From positions 1 to 49,261 of the forward strand of contig JAVJWO010000020.1 in NCBI GenBank assembly GCA_040222015.1: a stretch of 49,261 bases of DNA, read 5' to 3'. This DNA comes from Coleofasciculus chthonoplastes F2-STO-03 (lineage in GTDB: Bacteria; Cyanobacteriota; Cyanobacteriia; Cyanobacteriales; Coleofasciculaceae). Of the stretch, positions 9,495 through 20,200 are shown one piece after another. Positions within the stretch are counted from its first letter, which is position 1. Each line of letters starts with the position of its first letter. A program made the position numbers and the translations under genes. The notes under the pieces are model-generated. The model did no database searches. It had not been told where the DNA came from and saw only the letters and a program-made list of their open reading frames with translations.

Positions 9495-11975
9495 TTAGGT
9501 TAAAATCGCCCCACCCATTAACTTAGAATACCGATAGTCCAACTCCGCCTTAATTAACGGCAAACTCTCCAACGCCTTATCCTCTAGCACAATCTTCTCC
9601 GCCGCATCCCTTGCCAAATTCAACACCTCTTGGTCCTCTACCAAACTGGCTAAGGCAAAATCCGCCAACCCCGACTGACGCCGCCCCAACACCTCCCCAG
9701 GACCCCGAAACCGCATATCCATTTCCGAGATAAAAAAGCCATCTTGAGACTGTTCCAACACCCCCAAACGCTGACGCGCGGTATCGGTTTTTGACCCACT
9801 CATTAATAAACAATAGGATTGATGGGAACCCCTTCCCACCCGCCCTCGTAATTGGTGCAACTGTGACAAGCCAAACCGTTCCGCATTTTCAATCATCATC
9901 ACCGTCGCATTCGGGACATCTACCCCCACCTCAATTACCGTGGTGGAGACGATAATTTGCGTCTGATTATCCCGAAACGCATTCAACGCCTCATCCTTCT
10001 CAGCTGAACTCATCCGCCCATGTAGCAATCCCACCTGAAATTGTGGGAAAATACTCTCAGAAAGTCGCTGATGCTCCTCGACTGCCGATCGCACATCCAG
10101 TTTTTCTGATTCTTCAATTAACGGTAGGACGATATACGCCTGACGCCCTTGGGCAATTTCTCGACGCATCAAGTCATAAGCGTTTTGGCGTTCCTTCCCA
10201 GTTAATACCGACGTGTGAATTTTTTGACGCCCTGGTGGTAACTCATCAATCTGACTCACATCCAAATCCCCGTGCAAGGTTAACGCCAAGGTTCGCGGAA
10301 TTGGTGTAGCTGTTAGGGTTAAGACATGGGGAGATTGTCCCTTTTGCTGCAACTGCGCTCGTTGTTCCACACCAAACCGATGTTGTTCATCAATCACCAC
10401 CAATCCTAAGCGCTGAAAATTCACCGAGTCTTGAATTAACGCATGGGTTCCCACTAATAACGGTAATTCCCCGGTTTCTAACTGAGAATGGATTTCCCGG
10501 CGCTTCTTTACTTTCACTGAACCCGTTAGTAATTCCACGGGAAGATGGAGTAAATTAAACCAACTGACTAATTTACGATAATGCTGTTCAGCTAATACTT
10601 CCGTCGGTGCCATTAATGCGGCTTGATACCCGGATTGAATCGCCGCCAAAATTGCCAGCACCGCCACCACGGTTTTCCCGGAACCCACATCCCCTTGGAC
10701 TAAGCGATTCATCGGCGTAGGTTGTTGTAAATCGTTGAGAATATCGTTGACGACCCGTTTTTGGGCAGAGGTGAGTTCAAAGGGTAGCAGGTGATAGAAT
10801 TGATCAACCAGTTTCCCCGTAGGCGCGAGAATAGCACTGGATTGAACTTGCTGCTGCATTTTCCGCCGTTGGAGAAACCCTAACTGTAAATAGAAGAACT
10901 CATCAAACACCAAACGACGTCTGGCACGGCTGAGGGTATCCGTATCAGTGGGAAAATGGAGATTCGCGATCGCATCACTCACTCCCATCAAATCATACTG
11001 CTGGCGCATCCCCTTCGGCAATGGCTCTTGCAGTTGATTCACCGCCGGTAACGCTGCCATAACCGCCTGTCTCACCCAATCGGCGGGAACTCCTTCGGTC
11101 AAAGGATAAACGGGCATAACCCGACCAATTTTTAAGGAGTCAATACTCCCCCCCAGATGGTTTAACACCTCAATTTCTGGCGTATCCAGAGTAATCCCAT
11201 ACTTATTCTTTTTCACCAACCCCGACGCTGCCACAATCGCCCCAGCTGGATAGCGACGTTTTTGTTGTTCTTGCCAACCCCGATGATTGAAACGATTCCC
11301 CGCAAAAAAGCGATTCAGTTTTAGTTGACCCGTACTATCTTTAATTAATAACTCAAAAATCGATAACTTTTTATTCCGAGGACTGGTAAAACAGTTACAA
11401 CGCTTCACCGTACCCACTACTGTCACCGTCTCCCCGGCGACTAACTCTTTAATATTCACCTGACGGGCATAATCAATATGATCCCTCGGATAATAGTAGA
11501 GCATATCTCGCACCGTATATACTCCCAAACGCCCTAAATAATCACTGCGGCGACGACCAATATCGGGTAACTCGGACAACGGTGAGTCCAGGGTAAAATT
11601 AACGTTTACCTTGGAGGTTTGCGAAGCCACAGGCGTAGTCTGGGGAGATTTAACCGTCGATGTTTGAGGCGGATGAGTCTTTTCCCGTTCCCGGCGCTGA
11701 AGTTCCTGTTGCAGCTTGTTGAGGAACTGTTGCGTATCTACCACCAGATGTTGACGCGCTTCTACCGTCTGATGATGATAACGTTCAAACTCAGCCGCAA
11801 TTGACTGCCATTTGCGCCGTTCCACCGGGAGAAGTCCGTCGGGTGTTTTCCCTAAACTGAGGCAAATAAATTCACTAAAACGGTACTGATTCCCCAGCAA
11901 ATCAGTAAAGCCCTTTTCGGCTTCCACCGCCAGCGCTTTTTGCAATCGTGTCCAATCTGGAAATTCTGTACCCAC
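9495..11975 (-). CDS. recG: ATP-dependent DNA helicase RecG
   Basis: Motifs QGDVGSGKT, DEQH, TATPIPRT, QLRGRVGR and RGPGE. Start placed at GTG 11975 because the upstream ORF extension is repeat DNA and overlaps the neighbouring gene. Confidence 0.95.
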   Translation of the reverse strand: MGTEFPDWTRLQKALAVEAEKGFTDLLGNQYRFSEFICLSLGKTPDGLLPVERRKWQSIAAEFERYHHQTVEARQHLVVDTQQFLNKLQQELQRREREKTHPPQTSTVKSPQTTPVASQTSKVNVNFTLDSPLSELPDIGRRRSDYLGRLGVYTVRDMLYYYPRDHIDYARQVNIKELVAGETVTVVGTVKRCNCFTSPRNKKLSIFELLIKDSTGQLKLNRFFAGNRFNHRGWQEQQKRRYPAGAIVAASGLVKKNKYGITLDTPEIEVLNHLGGSIDSLKIGRVMPVYPLTEGVPADWVRQAVMAALPAVNQLQEPLPKGMRQQYDLMGVSDAIANLHFPTDTDTLSRARRRLVFDEFFYLQLGFLQRRKMQQQVQSSAILAPTGKLVDQFYHLLPFELTSAQKRVVNDILNDLQQPTPMNRLVQGDVGSGKTVVAVLAILAAIQSGYQAALMAPTEVLAEQHYRKLVSWFNLLHLPVELLTGSVKVKKRREIHSQLETGELPLLVGTHALIQDSVNFQRLGLVVIDEQHRFGVEQRAQLQQKGQSPHVLTLTATPIPRTLALTLHGDLDVSQIDELPPGRQKIHTSVLTGKERQNAYDLMRREIAQGRQAYIVLPLIEESEKLDVRSAVEEHQRLSESIFPQFQVGLLHGRMSSAEKDEALNAFRDNQTQIIVSTTVIEVGVDVPNATVMMIENAERFGLSQLHQLRGRVGRGSHQSYCLLMSGSKTDTARQRLGVLEQSQDGFFISEMDMRFRGPGEVLGRRQSGLADFALASLVEDQEVLNLARDAAEKIVLEDKALESLPLIKAELDYRYSKLMGGAILT

Positions 11976-12030
11976 AATCTCTGAATTATGAATGACAAAT
12001 GACCAATAACCAATAACCAATGACCAATAA

Positions 12031-12894
12031 CTAATCCTCAAACCAACTCGCCCGCCATGCGGCTTCAGCTTGAACCACAGTCCACTCCCGTTGTTTTTTA
12101 CGATATTGTCGCTGAAATTTAGTGGTATGGGCAAGCAGGTTACGGATTTGATTCCGCACTTTGACCAATTGCGGTTCTGTAAACTCAATTTCAGATAGGC
12201 GCAGATTAACCGCAATAATTCGGGTTAGGGTTGAATCATCGTCATCCTCAGGCGTTTGGGTTTCGACTAAAAGGTTGAGTAGATTTGAACCCGGACTGCT
12301 TTCACCCGCCGCATCCGCTTTGGTCGCCGCTTCCAGGACAGTTGGGGGTAGTTTATCAGGAATAATACCCTCTTGTTGTAAAAGATGATTCGTCTCCACG
12401 GAAACCGTTTGCAAGGTGAGAGCAATTTGGTCTTCGAGCATATCTTGCCACTGTAGCAGTTGATCCGGCAGAATCGGTTTTTGGGGGGTGAGGGCTGAAT
12501 CTGGAGATGGGTTCGTCGTCGTTTCCGCCAAGGATTCTGTGAACTCCACCAGCAGTTCTAATTCCTCATCCTCGTCGTCTAGCTCATCGTCCAGGGTTGA
12601 GGATAGGTCTTGAGGAAGCTGTAGGTGTAAGATTAACTCGTCTTTTCCTTCCTTACCAATCTGACGCAAGGCTTGCTGTAGATTTTGGCGCTGATTGAAG
12701 GATAAACTTAAAAAGGCGTCGGGATAGCCTTGAGTACATACCTGGTAACCTGCCAGCATTAACTGTTTTTGCACGGTTTGCCCCAACACGGTCAAATAGG
12801 TGGCGTAACTGTCGTGAAGTTGGGAAGCCAGATGTGCGATCGCTCCCTCCATCTTACCTAAGTCCTGCTCAATCAGTTCAATTGCGCTCACCAT
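12031..12894 (-). CDS. Conserved cyanobacterial hypothetical protein
   Basis: 287-aa ORF co-oriented with tsf and recG, with CTQGYPDAFL and the C-terminus AEAAWRASWFED. Confidence 0.7.
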   Translation of the reverse strand: MVSAIELIEQDLGKMEGAIAHLASQLHDSYATYLTVLGQTVQKQLMLAGYQVCTQGYPDAFLSLSFNQRQNLQQALRQIGKEGKDELILHLQLPQDLSSTLDDELDDEDEELELLVEFTESLAETTTNPSPDSALTPQKPILPDQLLQWQDMLEDQIALTLQTVSVETNHLLQQEGIIPDKLPPTVLEAATKADAAGESSPGSNLLNLLVETQTPEDDDDSTLTRIIAVNLRLSEIEFTEPQLVKVRNQIRNLLAHTTKFQRQYRKKQREWTVVQAEAAWRASWFED

Positions 12895-13064
12895 TATCTG
12901 CTACTGCTCCCGATAGGTCTCCTTTTTACCAAAAAACGTAGGGTGGGTTAGGCGGACTTTCATTAAGGCGGTACCCATTTAATCAACTATCCGCCGTAAC
13001 CCACCACTGTTAAAGTTCTTAGGTGTATTTTTATTGAATTGGAACGGCTTCAGCGACGCGACGT

Positions 13065-13688
13065 TTAGTCTGATGATTCAGATTCAATCCCCTCACCCAG
13101 AACATAGCGGGTAAAGCGACGCACCTGGATATTTTCTCCTAACAGCGCAACAGTTTCTTTGACCAACTCTTCGACGGATTTGCTTTGATCTCGGATATAA
13201 GGTTGATCCATTAATGATAATTCCTTCAACCGTTTCTCAATCCGCCCCTGAACAATCTTCTCTTTAATATTGTCCGGTTTCTTCGCCAAGTCATCACGCC
13301 CCATTTCAATTTCTTTTTCTCTTTGGGAAATAGCGGCGGGAATATCCTCCACCGAAACATACTCGACATTCGGACAAGCTGCCACTTGCATCGCGATATC
13401 CTTGACTAAGGCTTGGAATTCCTCGCGACGAGCCACAAAATCCGTCTCGCAGTTGACCTCCACTAAGACACCAACTCGTCCCCCAGTGTGGATATAGCTG
13501 CCCACAATACCTTCAGCCGCCATCCGACCGGATTTTTTCTCAGCTGAGGCAATTCCTTTCTGACGCAGCCATTCGATGGCTTTGTTCATATCGCCCTCGT
13601 TTTCTTTGAGCGCTTTTTTGCAGTCCATCATGCCTGCGCCAGTTTTTTCCCGTAACTCTTTGACTAGTTTTGCTGATATTTCCGCCAT
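13065..13688 (-). CDS. tsf: Translation elongation factor Ts (short cyanobacterial form)
   Basis: Motifs [19 protein letters not shown] and NCETDFVAR. Confidence 0.97.
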   Translation of the reverse strand: MAEISAKLVKELREKTGAGMMDCKKALKENEGDMNKAIEWLRQKGIASAEKKSGRMAAEGIVGSYIHTGGRVGVLVEVNCETDFVARREEFQALVKDIAMQVAACPNVEYVSVEDIPAAISQREKEIEMGRDDLAKKPDNIKEKIVQGRIEKRLKELSLMDQPYIRDQSKSVEELVKETVALLGENIQVRRFTRYVLGEGIESESSD

Positions 13689-13756
13689 CTTAATCTTTAT
13701 TCCTCCTTTGTTGTTTGTCGTGTTAACGATTAGCACTATCTTGGAACAAATCGGAC

Positions 13757-13799
13757 AAAAACCGGAGCAAATCGTTAAGTCTAACCATTACTCCGGTTT
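13757..13799 (-). terminator. Hairpin/terminator between rpsB and tsf
   Basis: The minus strand reads AAACCGGAG...CTCCGGTTTTT. Confidence 0.5.
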
Positions 13800-13874
13800 G
13801 GTAACTACTCAGTGCCACTGAACAACGGACAGATAACCCCAGTGTATCGGGTGAGCCTAAAAATGCATCGCCGC

Positions 13875-14723
13875 TTATTCTTCGCTGTCCTGGTTTTCCT
13901 CGGCGCTGTCCTGGCTTTCCTCGGCGCTGTCCTCCATGTCTGACATGTCTGACTCAAAGGAGTCCATATCTTCCTCGCTGTATTCGTCTTCCATCTCCTC
14001 GATGGCTTCGGCAAACTCTTGCTCGTCCTCTGTTTCCAGTTCCCCGTGACGCCCTTCATAGATGGCATCGGCTAACTTACCAATGATCAGTTTAATCGAT
14101 CGAATCGCATCGTCATTGGCGGGAATCGGAATATCGACCACATCCGGGTCACAATTCGTATCCAGCATCGATACCACGGGAATGCTGAGTTTTTCACACT
14201 CTTTGATGGCATTGTATTCCCGGCGCTGGTCAATAATCACCACAATGTCGGGGATGCGCCGCATCATTTTGATGCCACCGAGATATTTTTGTAGCTTGCC
14301 CAGTTCCCGGCGCAGTACCGCCGCTTCTTTTTTCGGCAAGAGGTCAAGGGCACCACTTTCTTCCCGGCGTTCCAATTCTTTTAATCGTTCAACCCGCCCT
14401 TTAATGGTTTCCCAGTTGGTCAGCATTCCCCCCAACCAGCGTTGGTTGACGTAGTACGCACCACAACGACTAGCTTCTTGGGCAATAATTCCCGCCGCTT
14501 GCCGCTTGGTCCCGACAAACAGACAACGTTTTCCTTGTTCGGTGGCAGTTCGCATGTAGCTGTAGGCTTCTTCCATCAACTGGGCAGTTTGCACCAAATC
14601 AATGATATGAACGCCATTCCGGGCAGTATAAATGTACTGATCCATCCGGGGATTCCAGCGGCGGGTCTGGTGACCAAAGTGAACCCCGGCTTCCATCATT
14701 TGAGCCAAAGAGACGACTGGCAT
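13875..14723 (-). CDS. rpsB: 30S ribosomal protein S2
   Basis: Motifs [24 protein letters not shown] and PANDDAIRS. Confidence 0.98.
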   Translation of the reverse strand: MPVVSLAQMMEAGVHFGHQTRRWNPRMDQYIYTARNGVHIIDLVQTAQLMEEAYSYMRTATEQGKRCLFVGTKRQAAGIIAQEASRCGAYYVNQRWLGGMLTNWETIKGRVERLKELERREESGALDLLPKKEAAVLRRELGKLQKYLGGIKMMRRIPDIVVIIDQRREYNAIKECEKLSIPVVSMLDTNCDPDVVDIPIPANDDAIRSIKLIIGKLADAIYEGRHGELETEDEQEFAEAIEEMEDEYSEEDMDSFESDMSDMEDSAEESQDSAEENQDSEE

Positions 14724-14739
14724 AATTAATTTAAACTCC

Positions 14740-14808
14740 TTATTCGGGTTTATCCTCCATTCAGGCGGATTTCCTGGTGGGAAACACCCGAAATCCTGAA
14801 TGTGCGAT
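14740..14808 (-). promoter_or_regulatory. rpsB 5' leader (S2 autoregulatory, t44-like RNA element)
   Basis: The minus strand reads CACATTCAGG...CGGGTG...CCTGAATGGAGGATAAACCCG-AATAAGGAG. It has a long stem, GGGU/ACCC pairing and the GGAGG motif typical of S2 leaders. Confidence 0.7.
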
Positions 14809-14878
14809 TTTTGACAACCTTTCTAAGGTAGCATGAATAGTCGGACAATATTCAAATTGACGGACTTAGCTTTTGATC

Positions 14879-15106
14879 ATGACATTGGATTGGCAACGCG
14901 CCCGTCAAGACACACCGGGCTGTGAGAAGGTTTTACTCGACGCCTGTCAATCCGTGGGACAAATGCCCATTGATGTAAATGAAATTGGCTGTGATCTGCT
15001 CTCAGCGACGGGACGTAAATACTTACGCGGACCCAGAGGCACTGGATTTTTATATGTCAGAGAAGGGGTAATTGAACAATTAGAACCGCTTATTACCAAA
15101 CTGTAG
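14879..15106 (+). pseudogene. Remnant of a class V aminotransferase / cysteine desulfurase-like gene
   Basis: The N-terminus (ARQDTPGC) is joined directly to LDACQSVGQ...[19 protein letters not shown] (the PLP-lysine region), and the frame then ends at a repeat. Confidence 0.8.
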
Positions 15107-15335
15107 GGTGCGTTAGCAAAGCGTAACGCACCATTAGATTTCATATTATGTCCGGCAAATCACCCATGATAAAAATTTATCCGCATCTCGTGATTATAGG
15201 TTCCATGTCCGGTTATTACCAAACTGTAGGGTGCGTTAGCAAAGCGTAACGCACCATTAGATTTCATATTATGTCCGGCAAATCACCCATGATAAAAATT
15301 TATCCGCATCTCGTGATTATAAGTTCCATGTCCGG
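15090..15335 (+). repeat. 123-bp tandem duplication containing a GTAG-REP
   Basis: Copies at 15090-15212 and 15213-15335, with one mismatch seen. Confidence 0.92.
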
Positions 15336-15354
15336 TAAAGCGCCGTTTGAGTAA

Positions 15355-15416
15355 AGGGCGACCCGATACAATTGAGTGGATGGGGGTGTTCATTGATGCA
15401 GGCGGGTCGCCCCTAC
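15355..15416 (-). repeat. ~62-bp GTAG-REP-like element (GTAGGGGCGACCCG...CGGGTCGCCCT family)
   Basis: Related copies at 34583-34645, 38314-38376 and 41157-41219. Confidence 0.85.
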
Positions 15417-15544
15417 AGTATATTTATGATTAGGTCGCTTCTCATAAGAGCGGAAAGTGCTGTATCGTTGTATGTAGTGCGAGCATCTTACTTGCTACTA
15501 AGCAATAACGATCTGTGCCGTTAACTTTTGTTATCCCTACCTAC

Positions 15545-16786
15545 TTACTCCCCCTGTTTCTCCGCCTCCGGAGTTAATAACGCCGGAATCGTGAAATAAA
15601 ACGTTGTTCCCACGCCTAAAGACGATTCCACCCAAATCTGTCCGCCGTGATGTTCCACAATTTTCTGACAAATCGATAAACCAATCCCGGTTCCTGGATA
15701 TTCTTCGTTGGTGTGTAGACGTTGAAATACCTTAAAAATTCGTTCAAAATACGCCGCTTCCACACCAATCCCATTATCCTCCACCCGAAACACCCATTCA
15801 TTCACCTCAAGGGGTTCTGGCGTACTCGGCGGCAAAATCGAGGATTCATCATTCAATGAAGAAGTTTTTTGGCGCAATTCTGCCGCAATTTTAATCTCCG
15901 GTGCAACCTCCGGGGAGCAAAATTTGAGGGCATTACTGATTAAATTTTGAAAGAGTTGTACCAGTTGGATGCCATCTGCCATGACGATGGGTAAATGTTC
16001 GCAGGTAATCACAGCATCCTGCCCTTGAATCACACTGTCTAAATTCGCCAAAACGGACTCAACCACCTGATTACAGTCGGTGGGTTCAAATTCTTCCCCC
16101 TGAGTCTCGACTCGTGAATAGTTCAGCAAATCTTGAATGAGCTTTTCCATGCGATCGCCTGCTTCTAAAATTCGATTCATGTAGTGAGCGGCTTTATCAT
16201 CCAACAAACTCTGGTATTTTTGGCAAAAAAGCTGACCAAAGGCTTTCATTGTTTGCAGAGGCGATCGCAAATCATGAGAGGCGATGCGGGCAAATTCTTC
16301 TAAGTCTTGATTGGAGCGGATTAACTCGCCGTTAAGCTGCTGAAGTTGTTGATTTTGATAATTTAGTTGCCGATTTTGCTCAACAATTTGCTGTTGCTGG
16401 CGAACCACCATCAGTTGATTATTCACCCGCGATAACACTTCTTTCACATGAAAGGGCTTAGTAATATAGTCGGTTCCTCCTACCTCAAAGGCTTTGACTT
16501 TATCCCATTCATTATCCAACGCGCTCAAAAAAATGATTGGAATGTGCTGAGTGCGTTCATCGGATTTTAAATGCTGGCACAGTTCATACCCATTCATTTG
16601 CGGCATCATAATATCCAGCAAAATAAGCTCCGGCAACGCTTTTTCAATCCCCATTAATGCCATTTTGCCACTAATGGCATTTCTGACCCGATATCCTGCC
16701 TCGGTGAGAGTTGTCGATAACAGACGTAGATTGTTGGGCTGATCGTCAACAATTAAGACATAGCCGGGATTCTTTGGGTTACTCAT
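15545..16786 (-). CDS. Hybrid response regulator-histidine kinase (REC-HisKA-HATPase)
   Basis: Receiver motifs LIVDD, LLDIMMP and ITKPF. Kinase motifs SHDLRSPL, NLISNALKF, DNGIG and GTGIGL. Confidence 0.92.
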   Translation of the reverse strand: MSNPKNPGYVLIVDDQPNNLRLLSTTLTEAGYRVRNAISGKMALMGIEKALPELILLDIMMPQMNGYELCQHLKSDERTQHIPIIFLSALDNEWDKVKAFEVGGTDYITKPFHVKEVLSRVNNQLMVVRQQQQIVEQNRQLNYQNQQLQQLNGELIRSNQDLEEFARIASHDLRSPLQTMKAFGQLFCQKYQSLLDDKAAHYMNRILEAGDRMEKLIQDLLNYSRVETQGEEFEPTDCNQVVESVLANLDSVIQGQDAVITCEHLPIVMADGIQLVQLFQNLISNALKFCSPEVAPEIKIAAELRQKTSSLNDESSILPPSTPEPLEVNEWVFRVEDNGIGVEAAYFERIFKVFQRLHTNEEYPGTGIGLSICQKIVEHHGGQIWVESSLGVGTTFYFTIPALLTPEAEKQGE

Positions 16787-17245
16787 GGTAAAAGGGTTGC
16801 GTCAGATTCATTAGGGTGTCAAACCGAAACTCATTCACCAAATCCGTAAGGGCTTCCGCTAAGGGAATCTCAGACGGTGGAATTTGCTCAATGAGTTGGT
16901 TCATGAGTTCATGATCAAGACTGCTAGCTGCTTGATGAAGTTGCCTAGTCCACTCATTTGGCATTATCGCTAAATGTTCTGGTGTCAGCAACATTCGTAA
17001 CCATCCATCACAGGCATCCGCATATCCATCCAAATTAGGTGCGGTTGCCAATGTTCCCACGCGGCTACAGCTTGTTGACCATTTTCGGCGACTTGTATCT
17101 CAAATCCGATGGGGGTGAGTAGCTGAATCAAAAGTTGGCGATTACTAGGACTATCATCAGCAATTAAAATACGAGACTGCGGTTGATTGTCGGTGATCCC
17201 AATCACTCGTTTCGGTGAGACTGGAGGCAAATCGTCATTTTCCAT
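16779..17245 (-). pseudogene. Internally deleted, frameshifted receiver-domain protein
   Basis: A half receiver domain (ILIADD...WMDMRMPVMDGYE) is followed in another frame by LTPEHL...FRFD. The stretch between these blocks that the paralogous C-terminus of the upstream kinase contains is missing. Confidence 0.8.
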
Positions 17246-20200
17246 TGCCCATAGTCAAATTCACAATTTGATCAAATTTAAACTCATCGATTAATTGCAA
17301 TAAAGCTGTTGCCAAATTACGATGAGAATCGGGAATTTGCTCAACCAGTTGACGCATAAGTTCTTCATCAAGACTGCTGGCGGCTTGATTGAGTTGAACC
17401 CGCCACATTTCAGGCATTAGTCCTAACCGTTCTGGGGTCAAGGTAGGCAGAAAATCACCTGAGTCTGATGAGACAACGGATGTAGCATCGTTGTAGAGAT
17501 AACGCACCCCTAAATGTTGTGCCATTTTTTCAAAGATGATCCCCTCTTGAATCGGTTTAATCACAAAATCATCACAACCGCTATCTAAAAATGATTGAAT
17601 TTCCTCCGTAAAAGCACTGGCAGTAATGGCAATAATCACTGTCGCTGAACAGTCATTTTGCCATGTCTCTTTCTGCCTTTCTTGGTCACGAATCCATCGG
17701 GTAGCCTCCTTGCCATCCATGACAGGCATTCGGATATCCATCCAGATGAGATGAGGATACCAACTGTCCCATATCATGATGCCTTGTTGACCATTTTCAG
17801 CACACTGCACATCAAATCCTACAGTCTCCAACAGTTCACACAACAGTTGACAACTGGTTGGATTATCTTCTATGACTAAGATGCGGTAGCTGGGTTGTTC
17901 CGGTGCAATTCTGAGAACGCGATTGGGGTGAGACTGACAGATGACTTCAGTGGCTTCAGCAGGAGTAATCGGAATCGAAAACTCAACCTGTGTTCCTTCT
18001 CCCAGTTGACTATTGACAGTAATCTCTCCTCCGATCATCTGAATAAATCGCTGCACAATCGCTAACCCTAAACCTGTCCCAGTTTGAGAGTCTTTACCCA
18101 CTTTTGTCTGGACAAATGGCTCAAATAAGGAATCAAGTTCGTCGGTAGCAATACCTTGACCTGTATCCTGAATTGAAACCTGTAGAGTATTTAACTCATC
18201 CATGTCTAAGGTTAGCGTTATTCTCCCCTTATCCGTAAATTTAACGGCATTATCTAATAAATTAATTAAAACCTGACGTAATTTATTTTCATCCGTCTGC
18301 ACATAGCGAGGAACCTGAGGTGAGCGTTGGGTGATGAATTCTAAATATTTATTGGCAGACTTAACCCGAAACATTTGCTTAATCGTATCCATCAACTGAT
18401 ACAAATCAAAGCTCTTGGCTTCAATTGCCATCCGTCCAGCTTCAATTTTGGACATCGATAAAATATCGTTAATTAATGCCAGCAAATGCTCACCGGAATG
18501 ATTAATAATACTCAAATAGTTTTGGTGCTGAGGAGAAAGAGATGGGTCATGGCTCATCAGTTGCGTGAACCCTAAAATAGCATTGAGCGGGGTTCTCAAT
18601 TCATGACTCATATTGGCAAGAAACTCACTTTTAGCGAGATTGGCGGCATCTGCTGCGTCTTTGGCTTGTTGCAGAACCATTTCCGCTGTTTTGCGTTCAG
18701 TAATATCCAGGTAAGCGATAGCGACACCATAACCGGGTAACGAAATCGGGGCAGCTGTAATCGATAACCAGACAATTTCACCATTCGGTTTATGGATTCC
18801 TGCTTCCGAGTTTTTCACCACTCTACTTTCAGTTAAGGCAATCACACTTGCAAATTCATGGCTAGGCATGGGTGTACCATTGGGTCGAATTCCTCGCCAT
18901 TCCGGGGAATTATAGTGGCGTTGAGTTTGTTCAGCAATGGAGATGCCTAAAATAGTTTCTGAGGCAGGATTGGCTTCAATAATATGTCCCGTTTCATCCG
19001 TGATCGAAAAGCCAATGGGTAAGATATCAAACAAGGTTTGATATTTCTGTTGACTTTCTCGTAATGCCAACTCCATCCGCTTGCGATCGCTAATATCTGT
19101 AATTAGGGCATAATAGCCTTGGATAGGGCGAGGACTGTCTGAATCCACCGAGTCACCAAAGGCGGGAATTAGAGTCGCGAAAACATAGCGAGTTCCACCA
19201 GAATGGTAAGGAATCTCGGTCTCATAGGTGACATACTCACCTCCAATGACTCGTTCTAAATACCCACGCACGCGCTGATAGGCATCCTCTCCAATCACCT
19301 CAGGAACAGTCTTGCCGCAAATCACCTCCGGTGATAATCCAAACCAAGTTTGATAGGTTTTATTGGCAAACTGATAGCGTAAATCGGCATCCAGATAAGC
19401 AATACAAACGGGTAAGGCATCTGTAATTAATTGCAGTTGGTCTTGTGCCTGTTTGCGTTGGCGAATCTCTTCCTGTAATTGCTGAATTGCACGGGTTAAA
19501 CTGCGGTTTTTTTCTTGTACCGTAATCCCCAATTCTGCATTTGCCTGTTGTAGCGCTACTTCAACCTGCTTGCGTTCGGTTAAATCAAAGGAAACACCAA
19601 CAATGCCAATAAATTGACCTGTTTCATCATAGATAGAAGAATTGGTTGCCTGCACGGGGAATATCGTGCCATCTCGATGTTGTACCCAAAATTCGCCAGT
19701 CCAACCTTCACCCCTCTGCAAAATTTGCATTATTTCAATAGCTTTTTCTTGATGATTTTTCGGGGCGAGAACCTCTATAATTGCACGACCAATGACTTCA
19801 GTTGCTGACCAACCATAAAGGATTTCAGCGAAGTGGTTCCAATAGGTAATCATCCCGGATAAATCTGTCGCTATAACCCCATGATTAACTAAATCTAAAA
19901 GACGTGCCTGAAAATAGATCGCCGATTCAGCCCGTTGACGTTCACTGATTTCTTGTTCAAGGTGTTGATTTGTCCTCACCAGTTGCACTGCACGCTGTTC
20001 AACCAAGTCTTCTAAGTGATTGCGATAGTCTTGTAATTGACATTCAATTTGCTTGCGTTGGGTGATATCTTCAATAACACCAATTAAAGCCTGGGGCGCA
20101 CCGGAAGGTTCCTGTAATCGGGTGGTATGAATTTGCACCAAAATCACGCTTCCATCTTTATGGATGTACCGCTTTTCTATAGAATAGCGGTCGATATCTT

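Noticed and set aside
11976..12215. N-terminal extension of RecG in the ORF track
   Set aside because: It runs through heptamer repeats and overlaps the upstream gene. GTG 11975 is the more plausible start.
15090..15335. Possible CRISPR array
   Set aside because: Two contiguous 123-bp copies with no unique spacers make this a tandem duplication.
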